From the human T2T-CHM13v2.0 reference genome, Homo sapiens: a DNA stretch of 64,000 nucleotides. The first letter of the stretch is position 1; every line of letters begins with the position of its first letter. Positions 40,946-55,049 of this stretch are shown piece by piece. Location of the stretch: assembly GCF_009914755.1 (NCBI RefSeq), contig NC_060932.1; one strand, given 5' to 3'. The notes below the pieces were generated by a model. The model saw nothing but the letters and a program-made list of their open reading frames with translations. It did no database searches and was not told the origin of the DNA. Position numbers and translations under genes: made by a program.

Positions 40946-41610
40946 ATGGCTCTTTTTGTTAGGAAAATGGGTCCTTTGTCCATTTACTCTCTTTCCATGC
41001 TTGCCCTTGGGGAACTTTGGAGCAAAGAACCCCAAAGTCTCTCTTTAATTGTTCTTCTGCAAGCAATGAGCATCTTATCTAATTGGCTAGATAGAGTATG
41101 TGATTTACTGTGCTGCTGTTTATTAGTGGGCAGGGAGAGTCACCCTCAGGCAGGGGCAGACTTCACCATCCCCCTTACCTGGCTTGTGCCTTCTTCCTGC
41201 CTTCCTGGGGGAGTCCACCAAAGGGGAATGTGCCATTAAAAGAGGAAATGCCTTTTTCTGCCTGTCACAGGCTCACCTCTGACTAGACAGATGAATTCCA
41301 GATACACACGAGATTGAATCCCTTCTTTAATAATTTCTGGTTTGTTGTTACTGTATCTTGGTGTCCTCATCTGTATGATGGGAATAGCAATAGCATCTAC
41401 CTTAGAGATTTCTTGGAAGAGTCAAATGAGGCAATATTTATGGGAAGGGCTTATATTGTGCCTGGCACAGAGCAAGTGGTTAACTATAGTTAGTAGATTA
41501 TGGTTGTTGTTATTGTTATGTACATGCAAAGGCCCAGCTAAAATGCTCCCTTTCTCTGGGAATTCTCCCAAGCTCCTCCAGGTGGAAGTTTGGAAGTTAG
41601 CATTCTTGGA

Positions 41611-41726
41611 GCTGGGCGTGGTGGTTCCAGAGGCAGGAGAACTGCTTGAGGCCAGGTGTTTGAGGTCAGCTTGGGCAACATAGTGAGACCCTGTCTCTTT
41701 ACCAAAAAAAAAAAAAAGAAAAAAAA
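41611..41726 (+). mobile_element. FLAM/Alu monomer with internal deletion
   Basis: gctgggcgtggtgg...gggcaacatagtgagaccctgtctc plus poly-A; flanking duplication GGAAGTTAGC. Confidence 0.85.
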
Positions 41727-42524
41727 GGAAGTTAGCGTTTTCTTCTCCTGGGCTTTCTTTTCACCCTTTCTCTAGTTTTTTTGATAGCGTATTTCCTTCC
41801 AGTGTTGATTTAGAATAGTTGAGAAGTGAATCTTCTCCTTCATGGTAAGCTCAGAGGTGAGGTTTTGTGCTAGAATCAGCCCTTATGCCTCATTGATCTG
41901 TCCCATGTCTGGGCACAAAACAGAACAAGTATCCACTGTGCCATTTACAACTGTTAATAGAGCACTTACTATGTGCTAAGTCTTTAGGCTGCCCTTTTGT
42001 GATGCCTTTATCTCTTTAAGGCTGCTTGGGATGTTTCTTTTACTTTGATCTCACTAGCAGTGAATTACTGGGGTGGGAGGAGCAAGCTGTTACTCTCTCC
42101 AGGGCAGGAGACAGACTTTGGTCAAGCATCTCACAGTTGTGTAGCTTTCAGCCCCTTGCTACCTTAAGCCTCATGTTCCTTAGTAAAATGCAGGTCACAC
42201 CACTTCGCTGTCATTGTTGGGATTCAACAGAATAATTTGTGTCAAAATGCCTGTAGACAGTAGGCCTTTTCCAAATATAATCACTCACCTCTGGCTATGC
42301 CTGGGAGCAATTTTGTGGTCCTAAAATGTATTGCAATTGTTGCAGGTGCCCTCATAGGAGGTGCCCTGTTGGAGATTTAACTTGAGCTTTTGTTATTTTC
42401 TTTAGTGAGGAAGTTGCCAGTTACAGCAAGGTACAGGCAGGAAAAGAAAGGCACTAAGGCCAGTTTCCATGAGAAGGGCAGGTGCAGTGCAGGCAGCACT
42501 CATTCTCTTGAGGCAAAGGTATTA

Positions 42525-42852
<328 letters not shown>

Positions 42853-44894
42853 TCAAAAAGAGAAGGTGTTTCTTGCAGTAGTCATAGGGCGGGTAAAAAG
42901 GGATTTGTGAGTGGTGGAAAGTAGACCAAGTTCTGATTTAGTGTTCTTGATGTTCTCTTGTATCCTGATAAATAGCTGAGTATGAGAAAAGGAATTAGAA
43001 TTATACTTTCAGAGCTCGACATGGGGCCCCTGGCTGCAGGTCAGGGATTTGGTCTCGCCATTTGCATGTATCCAAGAAATTATGTAGGTGTAAGCCTCCA
43101 CAGTGACACTATATGGCAGTGAGAACCTGTGAGAGGTCCGTGGCATTTGCAAATTGAACAGACACCAGTTCCTCTGTGCCTGATGTCTGAAGAGGACTCA
43201 TTTTTGTTTTCACTTGGCCTCCCCAGGGTTTTGGGACAATTTGTTGGGAGCAGAGGAAACTTTCAGAGGAAAATTCTGGACTTCCTGCTTTTAATGTAGG
43301 TGACTGCTTAAGAGATGTTTCAGAAAAATAAGTGTAATGTGATGGTATTTGTGCTCTGAGTTTATGGAGCAGTTCATACTGGTTATACTAATCATCCCAG
43401 AGGGCATTGTGAAATCCCGGTCTTAATTAACTTGTGTCTTGAGGATTACAGGATGAATGGTTCTTCTGAGGGGAGGAGATAGTCTGTTTCCTGGGCAGGG
43501 ACGTGGTGAAGAACGAGGTACGTCCGGGATCCAGTCAGAGGTTATTGGCCTGGGTCGTGAGTCTGTCAAGGGGAGTTGTGGGAAGAGATGAAACTGTAGG
43601 TGACTTCTGGGCCATGGAAAACCTTGAATGCCTCACTAAGGGGTTTGGGGTACAGCTTTTGGCCACTTGGGAGGAGTGGGTCTCTCTGGCTGTAACCATA
43701 AGGGGTTTCAGGGCTGAAAGAACTCTCCGTCTCCTGAGTGCTGACGCAGTCTCCAAAATGGCCACCTCTCTGGGCATCCCAGCGCTATCAGGCCTCAAAC
43801 TCCTTATCCGCAGTTCGTTCTCAAAAAACAGCCAACGCGGCAGCTCCGGGTGACCAGGATTGCAACACCAAATGTGTTTGTTCCCCATGTTTGTGAAATA
43901 CCTCAGAGGCACTGTTCCAGTGCCACCTGACTAGTTTTCTGATTGCCACATGGCCCTGGCTCTATCTGCCAATACTCAACCGGGGCTGACTGGTCAGAGA
44001 TTTTGAGATGTTTGTGGGTTCAAACATAGAAACCTCATTAATGTCTGCTTGGGTGAGGAGATTTTACCTCCTCAAAGCTTCTGAATAACACTTATCGGAC
44101 TTGGAGGCGGCTCTGGTGGCCTGGAGTAAGCAGTGTGACCTTGGACCAGTCACAATCTCTCTGAGCTTTAATTCCTTCAACTGCGTAATGAGGATACTAA
44201 TTCTTACTTTGCAGGATTGTGACCCACAAGTATGCTATACAGATGGCAGGTCAAGAATCAGCTCACTCACCAGGCTTCCTGCCCCATAGGTCACTAAAAA
44301 GCAAGCGTGACCTCAAATTTCCGAGTTGTTAAAATTCAATCTTGCATTTAATTTTTGCAAATGAATTGCTGTCAACCTTTGACTGAGAGCAGGAAGAAGC
44401 CTGGCTAATATATAACATAATGGGAACTCAGAAGCCCCTGGAAATTGGCTGAGGATTGGTCCCGTGGTACTCTGCCTAAGGAAGGGGGTTGCAAGGGATA
44501 TTTGGCCTTGTGTGTCACTTCTTTCATTGACCTCCTACCAAAGGGAAAAAAACTGAAGTTGCAGAGGGGAGGGGCTGACTGTTTTGGGGCTTTGATTATG
44601 TGCCAAGCACACAGAGAATAGTTTTGCATATGTTTTCTCATTTTGTCATCTCCTCCATCCTAAGAAGTAGCCAGTATTACCCCTAAATAACAGTTACTCA
44701 TTCAGTAAATATTTGTTGAGTGATTACTGTGTGCTAGCTATTGTTCTAGGAACTAGAACATATGAGAAACTGAGGTCCAAGGTGGTGATAGGACTCGGTC
44801 AAAGTCACACAGCTGCTGTGTGGCCAATCTGCATACAATCCCACCTCTCCTGGGATTGATTCCGAGGTTGTTTTCATTCCAGGTGCTGGACAGA

Positions 44895-45150
44895 CATAGA
44901 CACACATATATGCACACCTAGTACATACACCCAAACACATCCACACTCGTGCACACACCTGCATATGCACATGTATAAGCACACACAGTCACGTGCACAC
45001 ACACATCGTGCAAACACACACATTTTCACACACACACTAATGCTCACACACACATACGCATGCACAAATATGCCCACAGATGCATACCACATACACTATT
45101 CTAACATATTCACAAACACATGTGCACTTGCACACATTTTCATACACACT
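44895..45150. repeat. Degenerate (CA)n/(CATA)n tract
   Basis: direct reading. Confidence 0.9.
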
Positions 45151-45246
45151 ATACCATTTATTGGGGAAAACTGTTTTCAAACTTTTGGCATATTTCAGAT
45201 AAGCAATATTATCAGACACAATCTCAAAGATTTCATTCTCTGTAGC

Positions 45247-45358
45247 TCCCTCCCTCCCTCTGTCTCTTCTTCCCTCTCTTCCTTCCCCCTTCCTTTCCTT
45301 CCTTCCTTTCTCCCTCCCATCTCTTCCCTTCCTCCTCCTTTCTCTTCTTTCTCTCCCC
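45247..45358. repeat. CT-rich low-complexity tract
   Basis: direct reading. Confidence 0.9.
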
Positions 45359-45399
45359 ATTTCGAAACCAGACTTCTCTTCCTTTTTCTAGTCAAGAAT

Positions 45400-45706
45400 T
45401 TTTCATTTGTTTTTCTTTTAAGACAGAGTCTCACTCTCTCGCCCAGGTTGGAGTACAGTGGTGTGATCTTGGCTCACTGCAACCTCTGCTTCCCATGCTC
45501 AGGTGATCCTCCAGCCTCAGCCTCCTGAGTAGCTGGGAAAACAGGTATGAACCACCATGCCCGGCTACCTTTTTGTATTTTTTTTTGTAGAGACAGAGTT
45601 TTACCATGTTGCTCAGGCTGGTCTTGAACTCCTGAGCTCAAAGGAATTCACCCGCCTTGGCCTCCCAAAGTGCTGGGATTACAGGCATGAGCAACCGTGC
45701 CTGGCC
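45400..45706 (-). mobile_element. AluJ(b)
   Basis: gaactcctgagctcaa; full dimer. Confidence 0.92.
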
Positions 45707-47499
45707 TAGCCATGAAATCTTAGGGAATTATCAGGACTATCAGACTCATGTTGGAATTTTCAACCAGAAAGTAAAGACTCCCTCCAGGGCTACCAAAAGC
45801 TGAATCTGTTTGCCAAATTCTGCCTAGGTTCTTTCCTGCATGCAGCTGCATAATACCCAGAGTCCCCTCCCCACCATCAGGCATGGCATGCTCAGGTTCA
45901 AGTCAAGCTCTTGCAGCCAGGCGTCCCCAGCCCCAGCACCCACCTACCAGCTCTCCCGTGCATGTGCCAAGTGCCTGTGAAGGCCTCTTCCAAGTCTTTC
46001 ATCACCCCTCAGGGTGGGGATGCATCTATTTCTGTGTTTCAACACTTTGCTTCCACCTGGCATTTCATTTGCCAGCTAATAGGTGAAGTAACTCATCTTG
46101 CTACTGGCAACATGGAAACTGTGCTTTATGGGGAGCTGTGCTCTGGTCCATAAAGTGTTTGCAGGGGCATGGCAAGTCCAACCTGGAGTCCTTAGTGGCC
46201 ACCAGGAGGTAGGCCGGGTTGCTGGGCTTCAGTCAAGCTCATCAGTACAGGAGAATCAAACTCTTCAGAGTATTTCATCATCCCAGTGGCTCAAGGTGCG
46301 GGTGGTGGTATTTGAGAAACTTTGGCAACTCCCGTGTCTCAGTCTCTGAAGAGTGCCAACAGAGTCACCTTTCCCAACTCATCTATTTTCTTTGGTATCA
46401 GGGACTTCTCTCACTCAATAAATCTAAATCACCTTTGCTTTTACCACGAAAGGATATCGAAAGTGTGCTTAGAGACTCCAAGTTCTCATTGGGACCGTTG
46501 GACTCCAGGGTCTAGCATTTACCCAACTGGCCACATTGCCCAACTGGGTGCATTTGCTAGAGGCAGGTCGTTAAGTTCAAGTGCTTGTAAACAATTCCCA
46601 GGGAGCGGGGACAGCCAATTCTGCAGACAGCTTAGGAATGGTTTTACCAACATGCACTTCATCTGGGGCAAGCTGCCTGTACTATGAGCACGCACACAGA
46701 CACATATATACATGCACACACATATCCCACTGGAGAAGATAAAACAGGAAGATGGAAATAGGAGCTCTAGTGAAGATGATGTCGTGGAGGAGAACAGCGC
46801 CCAGTAAGAGAAGGGGAGCCCAACACCAGGTGCCTCATGGGCATCAGGCCAGACTTTGGGATTGTTTAGAGATAAAGAAATGGACTTCCGGAGGTGGGGT
46901 TCTCCTGGGCACTGAGCCTAAAGCCTTATATGGTGATTACTTACAATCAAGTCTTATGTTGTAACTAGACCATAAACCCTCAGCAGGTAGGGATCAGGGC
47001 TCCTACTTATTTTCCCTCTTCTGTTCCACTCTAACTCAGAGCCTTATGCATAGACAGTGTTCACTAAATGCCTGAAAGGAAAGGAGCTTAGGCTACATTT
47101 ATATCACATGCTGTCATGTTCAAACCTTTTACCGTGAGTTAGCCCCTTCTGGTTGCTGAGCTCACTTTCAGTCATGTGACCTCCTCTGCTCCTTTGTCCG
47201 GCACCCATTACCATGGGGAACAGCGTCAGGCTTCGGTGAACTGTCTTCTAGCAGGGAGGCAAGATTTACACATACAGAGCAGCGTGTGATCACAGGCTAC
47301 AGTGGATTCACTGAAGCGTTGTAAGTTTAGACAACACGTTGGTCCTGTGACAGCCAGTAAAAGGAGTATTTATCTCCTCCATTAAGAGGAGCTATGAGGG
47401 AGGCATCCTTGGAGCAAGTGAGATTAAGGGGTGGCCTTGTGAGAAGGAAGAGAAGAGACTGGTTCAGGCCAAAGGAATGGCGGGAGGAAAGGGACAGTG

Positions 47500-48330
47500 C
47501 CAGGCGCACACATTCGTTTGCTCTTTGTTCCTCTTGTTTACTCATTCATCCATCCAAAAATACTTAATGAGCCCTGCTGTGTGCCAGGCACTGTTCCAGC
47601 TTTAGGGACAGAGCTGTGGGCACCTCTAGTCCCTAAAGTTTATAAAGATAACAAACAAATATTACAAGTGAGCAAAGCATTAGCTAGAAAAGCACTGGGT
47701 GTCTTAAGGGCATTGAATAGGCAGGGGCAGAAAGAGGGCTAACAAGGGCTGAAGGATAAGGGGGGCAGCCTGGAAATGTGACATGAGGCGTTGAGGAATA
47801 GCAAGAAGTGTTCCAAGCATGAAGTTCCAGGGACAGGAATGAGCTAGACTCTCAAAAGTCACTTGAAGTCCTGCGTGGCCAGAGTGTAGGAAGTCTAGGG
47901 AAGGGCAGTGGGGTGGAGGGAGGAGTGAGTGAACAAGTTGGGGTGGGAAGGTGAGGAGTAGGGGGTGGATAAGGTCAGGCAGAGGTCACACAGAACCTTC
48001 TGGGCCATGATAAGGATTTTAGACTTCTTCTAAGGTAAGCCAAGCAAGTAACGCTATTGACTTGAAAGTGGGTGCAAGTAGTGTAAAGATGCAACAGCCC
48101 CATGAAATATTCCGGGCAGGAATCTCTAGGGTGGGGAGTGAAGGGAGAGAGAAGCATCAAGGATGAGTCTAGGGCTCCTTGCTTAAGTAACTGGTCAGGT
48201 GGGACTTCTGTTTACTGAGGTAAGGAGCACAGGAAGGGGACAGGTTTGTGGGGGACAGGTATTAGGGGATGACACAGTTTTGCAAATGTGGGTTGGAGGG
48301 TTTATGAGATTCCTGCATGGATATTGAAGA
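47500..48330 (-). mobile_element. L2 LINE 3' region
   Basis: tcattcatccatccaaaaatacttaatgagccctgctgtgtgccaggcactgtt and downstream L2 antisense text. Confidence 0.7.
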
Positions 48331-48489
48331 TCTCATTTGGAACCCCTGAGAAGATATCCTCTTTTTCTTTCTGCTTTTCCCTTTCCTGGGCCTTGGTCTC
48401 TTGAATATGTTCCATGAACAATCTTTTATTGTCACTAGCCCTGGTTGGCTGTGAGAGGAGAGGTCAGCTGCCAAGTGTCTATTCCAAGG

Positions 48490-48913
48490 TGTATTTGTCC
48501 ATTTTTCTTTGCTATAAAGAAATACCTGAGACTGTGTAATTTATAAAGAAAAGAGGTTTATTTGGCTCATGGTTCTGCAGGCTGTGCAAGCATGGCACAA
48601 ACATCTTGACTTCTAGTGAGGCCTCAGGAAGCTTTTACTCATGGTAGAAGGTGAAGGGGGAGCCAGCATGTCATGGTGAAAGATGGATCAAGAGAGAGAG
48701 ACACAGGAAGAGGTTCCAGGCTCCTTTAAACAACCAGCTCTCTTGTAAATTAACAGCTCCAGAACTCACCCATTACTGTAGGGAGGGCACCAAGCCATTC
48801 ATGAAGGATCCACCCTACTATGACCCCAACACTTCCCACTAGGCCCTACCTCCAACATTGGGGATCACATTTCAACATGACATTCGAAGGGGACACAGAT
48901 CCAAACTATATCA
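48490..48913 (-). mobile_element. MSTB solo LTR
   Basis: tgtatttgtccatt...gctataaagaaatacctgagact...atccaaactatatca; degenerate TSD CAAGG/CTAGG. Confidence 0.9.
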
Positions 48914-48941
48914 CTAGGTAAGCACAACTCCCAATGTATGA

Positions 48942-49327
<386 letters not shown>

Positions 49328-49989
49328 TCAACCAGTATTTTCTGTGTGCCTGCCCTGTACCCAGCATAGGCTCATGGCGTTAACATGACCACTAGGGAGC
49401 CAGTCATGCAAGATAAAATTTTACACTTTCTGGAAGCATAGACAAAGTACCCTGGGAGAAGAGTCAAAAGGTATTTGAACTCATTTCCTCATGTTTTTCC
49501 TAAGCAGAAACTGAGGCCCAGAGAAATGAAGAAACTTCCCTGAGTTGACATAGTGTTTAGAAGCAGAGGCAGAGTTGGAACCCAGTTCTGAGTCCCAGAC
49601 TAACGTGTCTGTCAGCATTGTATGAGGCCTCCTATTGGCACACATCTTTCCATAAGTGACATGACATAGACAGGGCAGGAGAGTTTGACAGGAAAGAACT
49701 CTAGCTCTAGAGTCAGACAGTTCTGGGTTCAAATTCTGGCTCTGATATTTGTGACCTTGGGCAAGTTATCAACTTCCCTAAGGTTTAGTTTCTCTATTTC
49801 TAAAGTGAATTAGTTCTAAAGTACCTCTGGAACTAATAACAGTATTTCCAATGTCTGCCTATATTGAGGATTGAATGAGTAGTGCTTATGAAGCATGACT
49901 TACTCACCACTTCTCACCCCCTGCACTGCTACCACTCTGGTTGAAGCCCCTGTCATTATCGGCCTGGATCTGGGCTATTTTTTGGGGTC

Positions 49990-50395
49990 TGCTTTCACCC
50001 TAGAAATACCATCTGAGTGGAGCTTCTTGTGTAATTGATTTATTACGTAAGGGATGTAGGAGAACCCTGTATGGAAGTGTGGGAGGCTGGAGAGGGCAAT
50101 GGAAGGGGTTCAGCAGAGATATGGTTTCAGCTGGAGAACAGCCTCAGTCTGATCCCATGGGCAGTCTGAAGCATGAATGGCACCACAGAGCTGGTCCCTC
50201 CTTGTGGCTAAGGGGCTGGGTATTCTACTTCCAGTTAGTTGGGGGTTTGTGACTCCTAGACATTTCCCTGTGAGACGATTCCTGACTATCCACAGAGGTA
50301 ATACTCTGGAGAAGGGTGCATTGCTCACAGCAGCTTGAGGGTGGCTGTGTTGGCTGGGACCGCAAAGAGATCTTGGGTGAGGCCCCAACACTTTG
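49990..50395 (-). mobile_element. LTR16-like ERVL LTR
   Basis: cagcctcagtctgatcccatggg...gcatgaatggcaccacagag. Confidence 0.6.
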
Positions 50396-50889
50396 ATGCT
50401 AGCACATCTTTAAACACTCACAAATCTCTCTCTCTAACAAAGACAGGATAAGTCTGAGACAATGGAATCTATCTAGCCTTAACTCAATTAACACTGTGGG
50501 TGTTTTGATTGCCTCTGCATTTTCATGGCAAATGATACTACATTTCTATTTGATAGTGATACAAAATTTAATTTGAAAAAGTCCATTTACATTAAAAAAC
50601 TGGGTTGATTTAAAGACATTAGCAAACGATGGTACGGGTGGTAGCTGGATAAGGCAAATAAAATACAGGGCCCTCCAGAATATTGGAGTTTGTGGGAGAC
50701 CATGTTTGCAGATAAAGCAGGAAAGATCCAAGGTCCCAGATTGAAGTGGGGACTATCTTTCACTCTCAGTCGCCCTAGACGACTCATTGCATTAGTGGAG
50801 AAAGCACTGTATCAAGAAGACCCGCTGTGTGGTCTGAGCAAACCATTCATGTTCCAATCATTCATGGGTTCCAGTCAGCCCACGTGGGA

Positions 50890-51375
50890 AACAAAGAGGA
50901 TTATATTGGTTGCTAGTGTCAGAAACACAAATAAGCTTCTTCAGGAAAGGGGCGTTATTGGTTCTTGTTAACTGTGAAGTTCCGGGATAAGACAACTTCA
51001 GTTCTCGTTGGATCCAGGGATTTCAAGTGTCTTCCCTCTCCTAGCTAAAGTCCCAGAATTGAGTCCGGCAGGCTTCAGATAGGTGGAAGTTTCTGATTGG
51101 CCAGGCCTTGGTCATGTGCCCACAGGTGAGTGGAAGGTTCTGATTGGTCAGGCCTTGGTTGTGTGCCCACGGGTGGGTGGAAGGTTTTGATTGGCCAGGC
51201 TTTGGTCATGTGCCCATAGTGGCCAGGGGTTATGAAGGGTAGGAGAGCAGGCAGGGTCAGCCCTTTCAAACTCTGTGGATTAGAATGGGGTAGAAGGGGA
51301 TGGTGCTCTTCAATGGAGAACCACCGTGCTTTTATCAGATGAAGGGATGAATGTCTAAGTAAGAGATGTGGTACC
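50890..51375 (-). mobile_element. MLT1 (J/K-like) LTR containing a 47-bp triplication
   Basis: ggttgctagtgtcagaaacac..., aaagtcccagaattgagtc, tctgattggccaggccttggtcatgtgccca. Confidence 0.65.
51076..51216. repeat. 47-bp tandem repeat x3
   Basis: GATTGG starts at 51095, 51142 and 51189. Confidence 0.95.
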
Positions 51376-51919
51376 CACCAGAGGACTTTCTGTAAGGTTG
51401 TTTCCAGCTGTTTCCTTTGCAGCTGCACTCTGTGCTGACCCCTGATGTTTGTGGAGGAGGTTGAGGCCTCCTCTGGGAGCCTTCCTGCTTTTCTAGCCTC
51501 CGCTCAGGAATTGCACCTTCTTACTCCCACTTGAAGTGCCCCCTACCCTCATCACGTCCCCACCTCCAATCCCTCTATTTACCTGGAGAAACCTGCTCTA
51601 CATCCTCCTCTGCCTAAAACCCTCTACTTCCGTTTGCAAACAAACCCCTGATTTTGGCATTGAGAGCCAAGGCTCCTCTGAGCCTGCTGCTCCTCTTACT
51701 AGCTGGGCATCTGAAGGCTGTATATCTCAGCATCTCCATATATAAAGAGGATCATAACTGTGCTGCCTCCTAGGGGTGTGGTGAGATTTACATGTTACTA
51801 CAAAGAAAACATCTTACACCTGGCTACTCGTGGTTAGTTCCATAGATGCGGCCTGTAATTATAGTCATGGAATACGAGGCTGTACACAATCTGCTGCTCA
51901 CTCTGTACTCAGCCTTATG

Positions 51920-52460
51920 TCTATGCCTCTTCCCAATTCCCTGAACTCCCCAGCCATATTGGACTCCTCCCCATGACCTGAGCATACCTATTTTTTCTTT
52001 CCTCCACATTTGCTCATGCTCTTCCCTCTGCCTGCAATGCCCTTTCTTCCCTAGCACCTTAAGACCTGGCTTATGTCCTATTTTCTCTGTGAGACCTCCT
52101 CTAGCCAGTCATGATGACCTGCCATCCCCACTCTAAGGCTAAAGAATGATTCCTCTTCTGTCACGTTTCCCCAGGACTCAGGGGTGTTCCTTTATTATAG
52201 TACACCTCAGTGTGTGTTTCTGTGGTTGTTTTTGGGGTCAGTCTCCACACACAGGTGTGAGTTTCCTGGGGGCAGGAACGTGTGTTTATCTCACTGGTCT
52301 GCATTCTCAGCATGGAGTCTCACACGTAGTAAAATTCTCAGAGCTTGTTGGGTGAATGAATGAATAGCCTGTGTACTTGTCTGCTTGAAGGCAAGGACTG
52401 TGTCCAACTTAATCTTTGTTTCCCCAATGTCTGGCACCCAGTAGGCATTCACTAAATTAT
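51920..52460 (+). mobile_element. L2 fragments
   Basis: tttgctcatgctcttccctctgcctgcaatgccctt; tctggcacccagtaggcattcactaaat. Confidence 0.65.
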
Positions 52461-55049
52461 TCATGCACGTAATTGAAGGATAGATAAGGCAGATGTATGC
52501 AAGTAGGTGAAGCAAGGAAAGGTACGAAGGACCCAGGAGAGGGAGAATTTGGACAATGAAATCAGGGGTCGAGATGTGGTTCCAGAGCTCTGAGGGGGAA
52601 GCTGGACCAGGGAGGTGGGGGAGTCATGGGAGGCCCAGCCTCTTTTCCCTGAGCTGCACTCTTTCCTAGGTGTATGGGAAGGAGGAGACCCCACCCAGCC
52701 TGAAGAGGGGTATTAACATGCTTGAATGGCTCGAGGAGTGTTTCACAGGCTTATCTGTTAATAGTAAAAAGGAAATTATATGAAAAATACAAAAATGTGT
52801 GGGTTGCAGGACAAGTTAATGATTTCTCATGTAGTCAGATGTGTGTCCCTTTAATGGAGGCAGGTAATGGCGGTGGTAATAATACCCTGGATCTGTTGAT
52901 AGCGTCTTTCTTCTGAGGAGCTCAAAGCACTTTCCATTCTTATCTCATCTCTCTTTCTGACTTCTCAGGGAAGTCAGTCTGATTATCCCCATTTCTCAGG
53001 TGCCTATGTACTGTGACTCACACTGCGCCTCTGGAGCTCATCCCTTTGTGCAGCCTGGGTGGGGCCCATGTGACTCTCTCCTCCTTGAGCACTGCACCTG
53101 GAGCACCCCCATTTCATGGGTGACCAAGAAGGCTTGGCTCACTATAAAGGGTGCTCTGACATACAGGTCTATGGGAGCTAGCCACACCACGGGAAGCAGA
53201 GGGGCTGGGTGGGGGTGGTGAAGAGAGGAGGAGGTGGAGGAGGAAGGACCTGAGGGAGGGGGAGGGATGAAAGGTCTGGAGGACTCAGAACACTAGACTC
53301 TGAGCATGCTGAGGGCAGGGCCATGTCCTGTTTGCCTTCCTATCCTTAGGACGAAGCCCAGTGCATGACATGGCATAGGTACATAGGTCAGATACATGGT
53401 TGGTCAGGTGACAGGTGGACATGCCATGGTATCTTTCAAGACCCAGTTCAAAGATCACCTCTTTGAGAAACTTTCCCTGGCCATTCCACTGGACTACTAA
53501 CATACCACTACTGGACTCATAACCCTTGGAGCCTCTCAGGCAGCTTTGTGGCAGAGTTAACTGTCTATGTGTCAGATGCCCCCATTTGGATGTCAGTTCC
53601 TGGACCAGGCATGAGTCTAACTTGTCTCATATCTTTAGGGTCTGTTAGCACAGGATGTCTCACGTAGTAAGGGTGGGCAGAGAGAGGTACAGGAAAGGCT
53701 GGGCTTTGAAGTCAGAAAGACCCAGATTCATACGCGGGTTCTGCCTCTGACCACACAGGGTTCCACTGTGGCTCAGGAAACCCCTTAGCCTCCTTGAGCA
53801 TATGCTCCTTTCCCCCTTCCTCATGATAAAATGGAGCTGAGAAAACCCACTTTGCTGGCTGTGGCAAGGCTAACCATGGTGGCATTGCTTGGCACCTAGA
53901 ATGTGTTCGGTATTCATTTCCTATGATTAATTTTAGATTTGGTGGTTTCCAGCCCTGGCTCGGCATTAGAACCACCCTTCTCAGGAATAGACATACTTGG
54001 AACTCCACCCCTGGGAAATTCTGAGCCTGTGGATCTGGGCTGGGGCCAGGATCTGCCTGTTAAAAATGGTCCTCTGGTTATTCTGCTGTTGGAGGGTCTC
54101 AGTGTTTGTGAAATCAAACATATGATTGAATGTAAGGTAGAACGTAAGTCCTTGATTTCTCTGGTTTCTAGGGTTCAGTGAAGGGACAGAAAAGGCTGCT
54201 TGGTAAAGTGATCTCTTCTAGGGAGGATGCTTGGGGGGTCCAAGAGCTCAAAGCATTTTCTCTTCTTATCTCATCTCTGCATGTCCAGCCTTGCCCATCG
54301 AAGCAGATGGAACGGAGAGGAAGTTCACCCTGGCCTCCTTCACACTACCCCTGTGACCCAAGTAAGCTGGCCACCTTCCCTGCACTTCATCTCGCCACTT
54401 TGTTCAGCAGGCATTCTCCATGTTTTACATTTGCAGACCAGAGGCGGGTGGAAGAAGAGCTCTGTGGACTCCATGACCATCAGTCAAGGGGGTAGTGAGG
54501 TGTTGCTTGTCTTTGCTAGAATTTCTCAAGTTTACAAAGAATTAGAGATGGAAATGAAAGTTCGTAACTGTTTACAGTTCCAGCTGGCATCTGATAGACC
54601 CCTAAGGAACCTCTGTGCAGACTGGGGTGCCAGCCAGGCCTTCTTTCTGAATCAGGGACCTAGAAATCTCCAGTTGTTGAAAGGCAGACTCTGTATAGGT
54701 CTAGGGGTCAGCAATGCAGAAGGAGCCCAGGTTGTGAGGCCTGGGTCCAGGTTGGACTTGCTGCTAGCTTGCTGTGTGACTCTGTACGGGCCAGAGAGCC
54801 TCCCCAAGCCTTGCTGACTTTGACACATCAGCTGAAATTCTTTCTCTGAGGCTTATGATCCTGAAAAGGGATTGGATGTAGTGGAGAAAGGAATTTGTCC
54901 CAAGCAGGAGAGCAGTAAATTGCCAACAATGGAAGGTTGGAAAGGCCTGTGTCCATAGTACCAGGTGGGAGTCATGGACCACTGGGGCTGCTGAGCCTGG
55001 ACGTGGGGCTTGTAGGAGACTGTAGGATCACAGAATTGAAAGTGGTAGC

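Noticed and set aside
43535-43912. 125-aa minus-strand ORF with protein-like composition
   Set aside because: No family recognised and no clear splice boundaries; the CpG content fits a regulatory interpretation as well.
44965-45528. 187-aa ORF
   Set aside because: Read-through of (CA)n, a CT-rich tract and an antisense Alu.
51076-51216. CRISPR-like appearance of the regular repeats (also 31140-31237)
   Set aside because: Head-to-tail tandem units without unique spacers, no cas genes, and primate DNA.
54227-54817. 196-aa ORF
   Set aside because: No recognisable protein motif or convincing exon structure; such lengths occur by chance in 64 kb over six frames.
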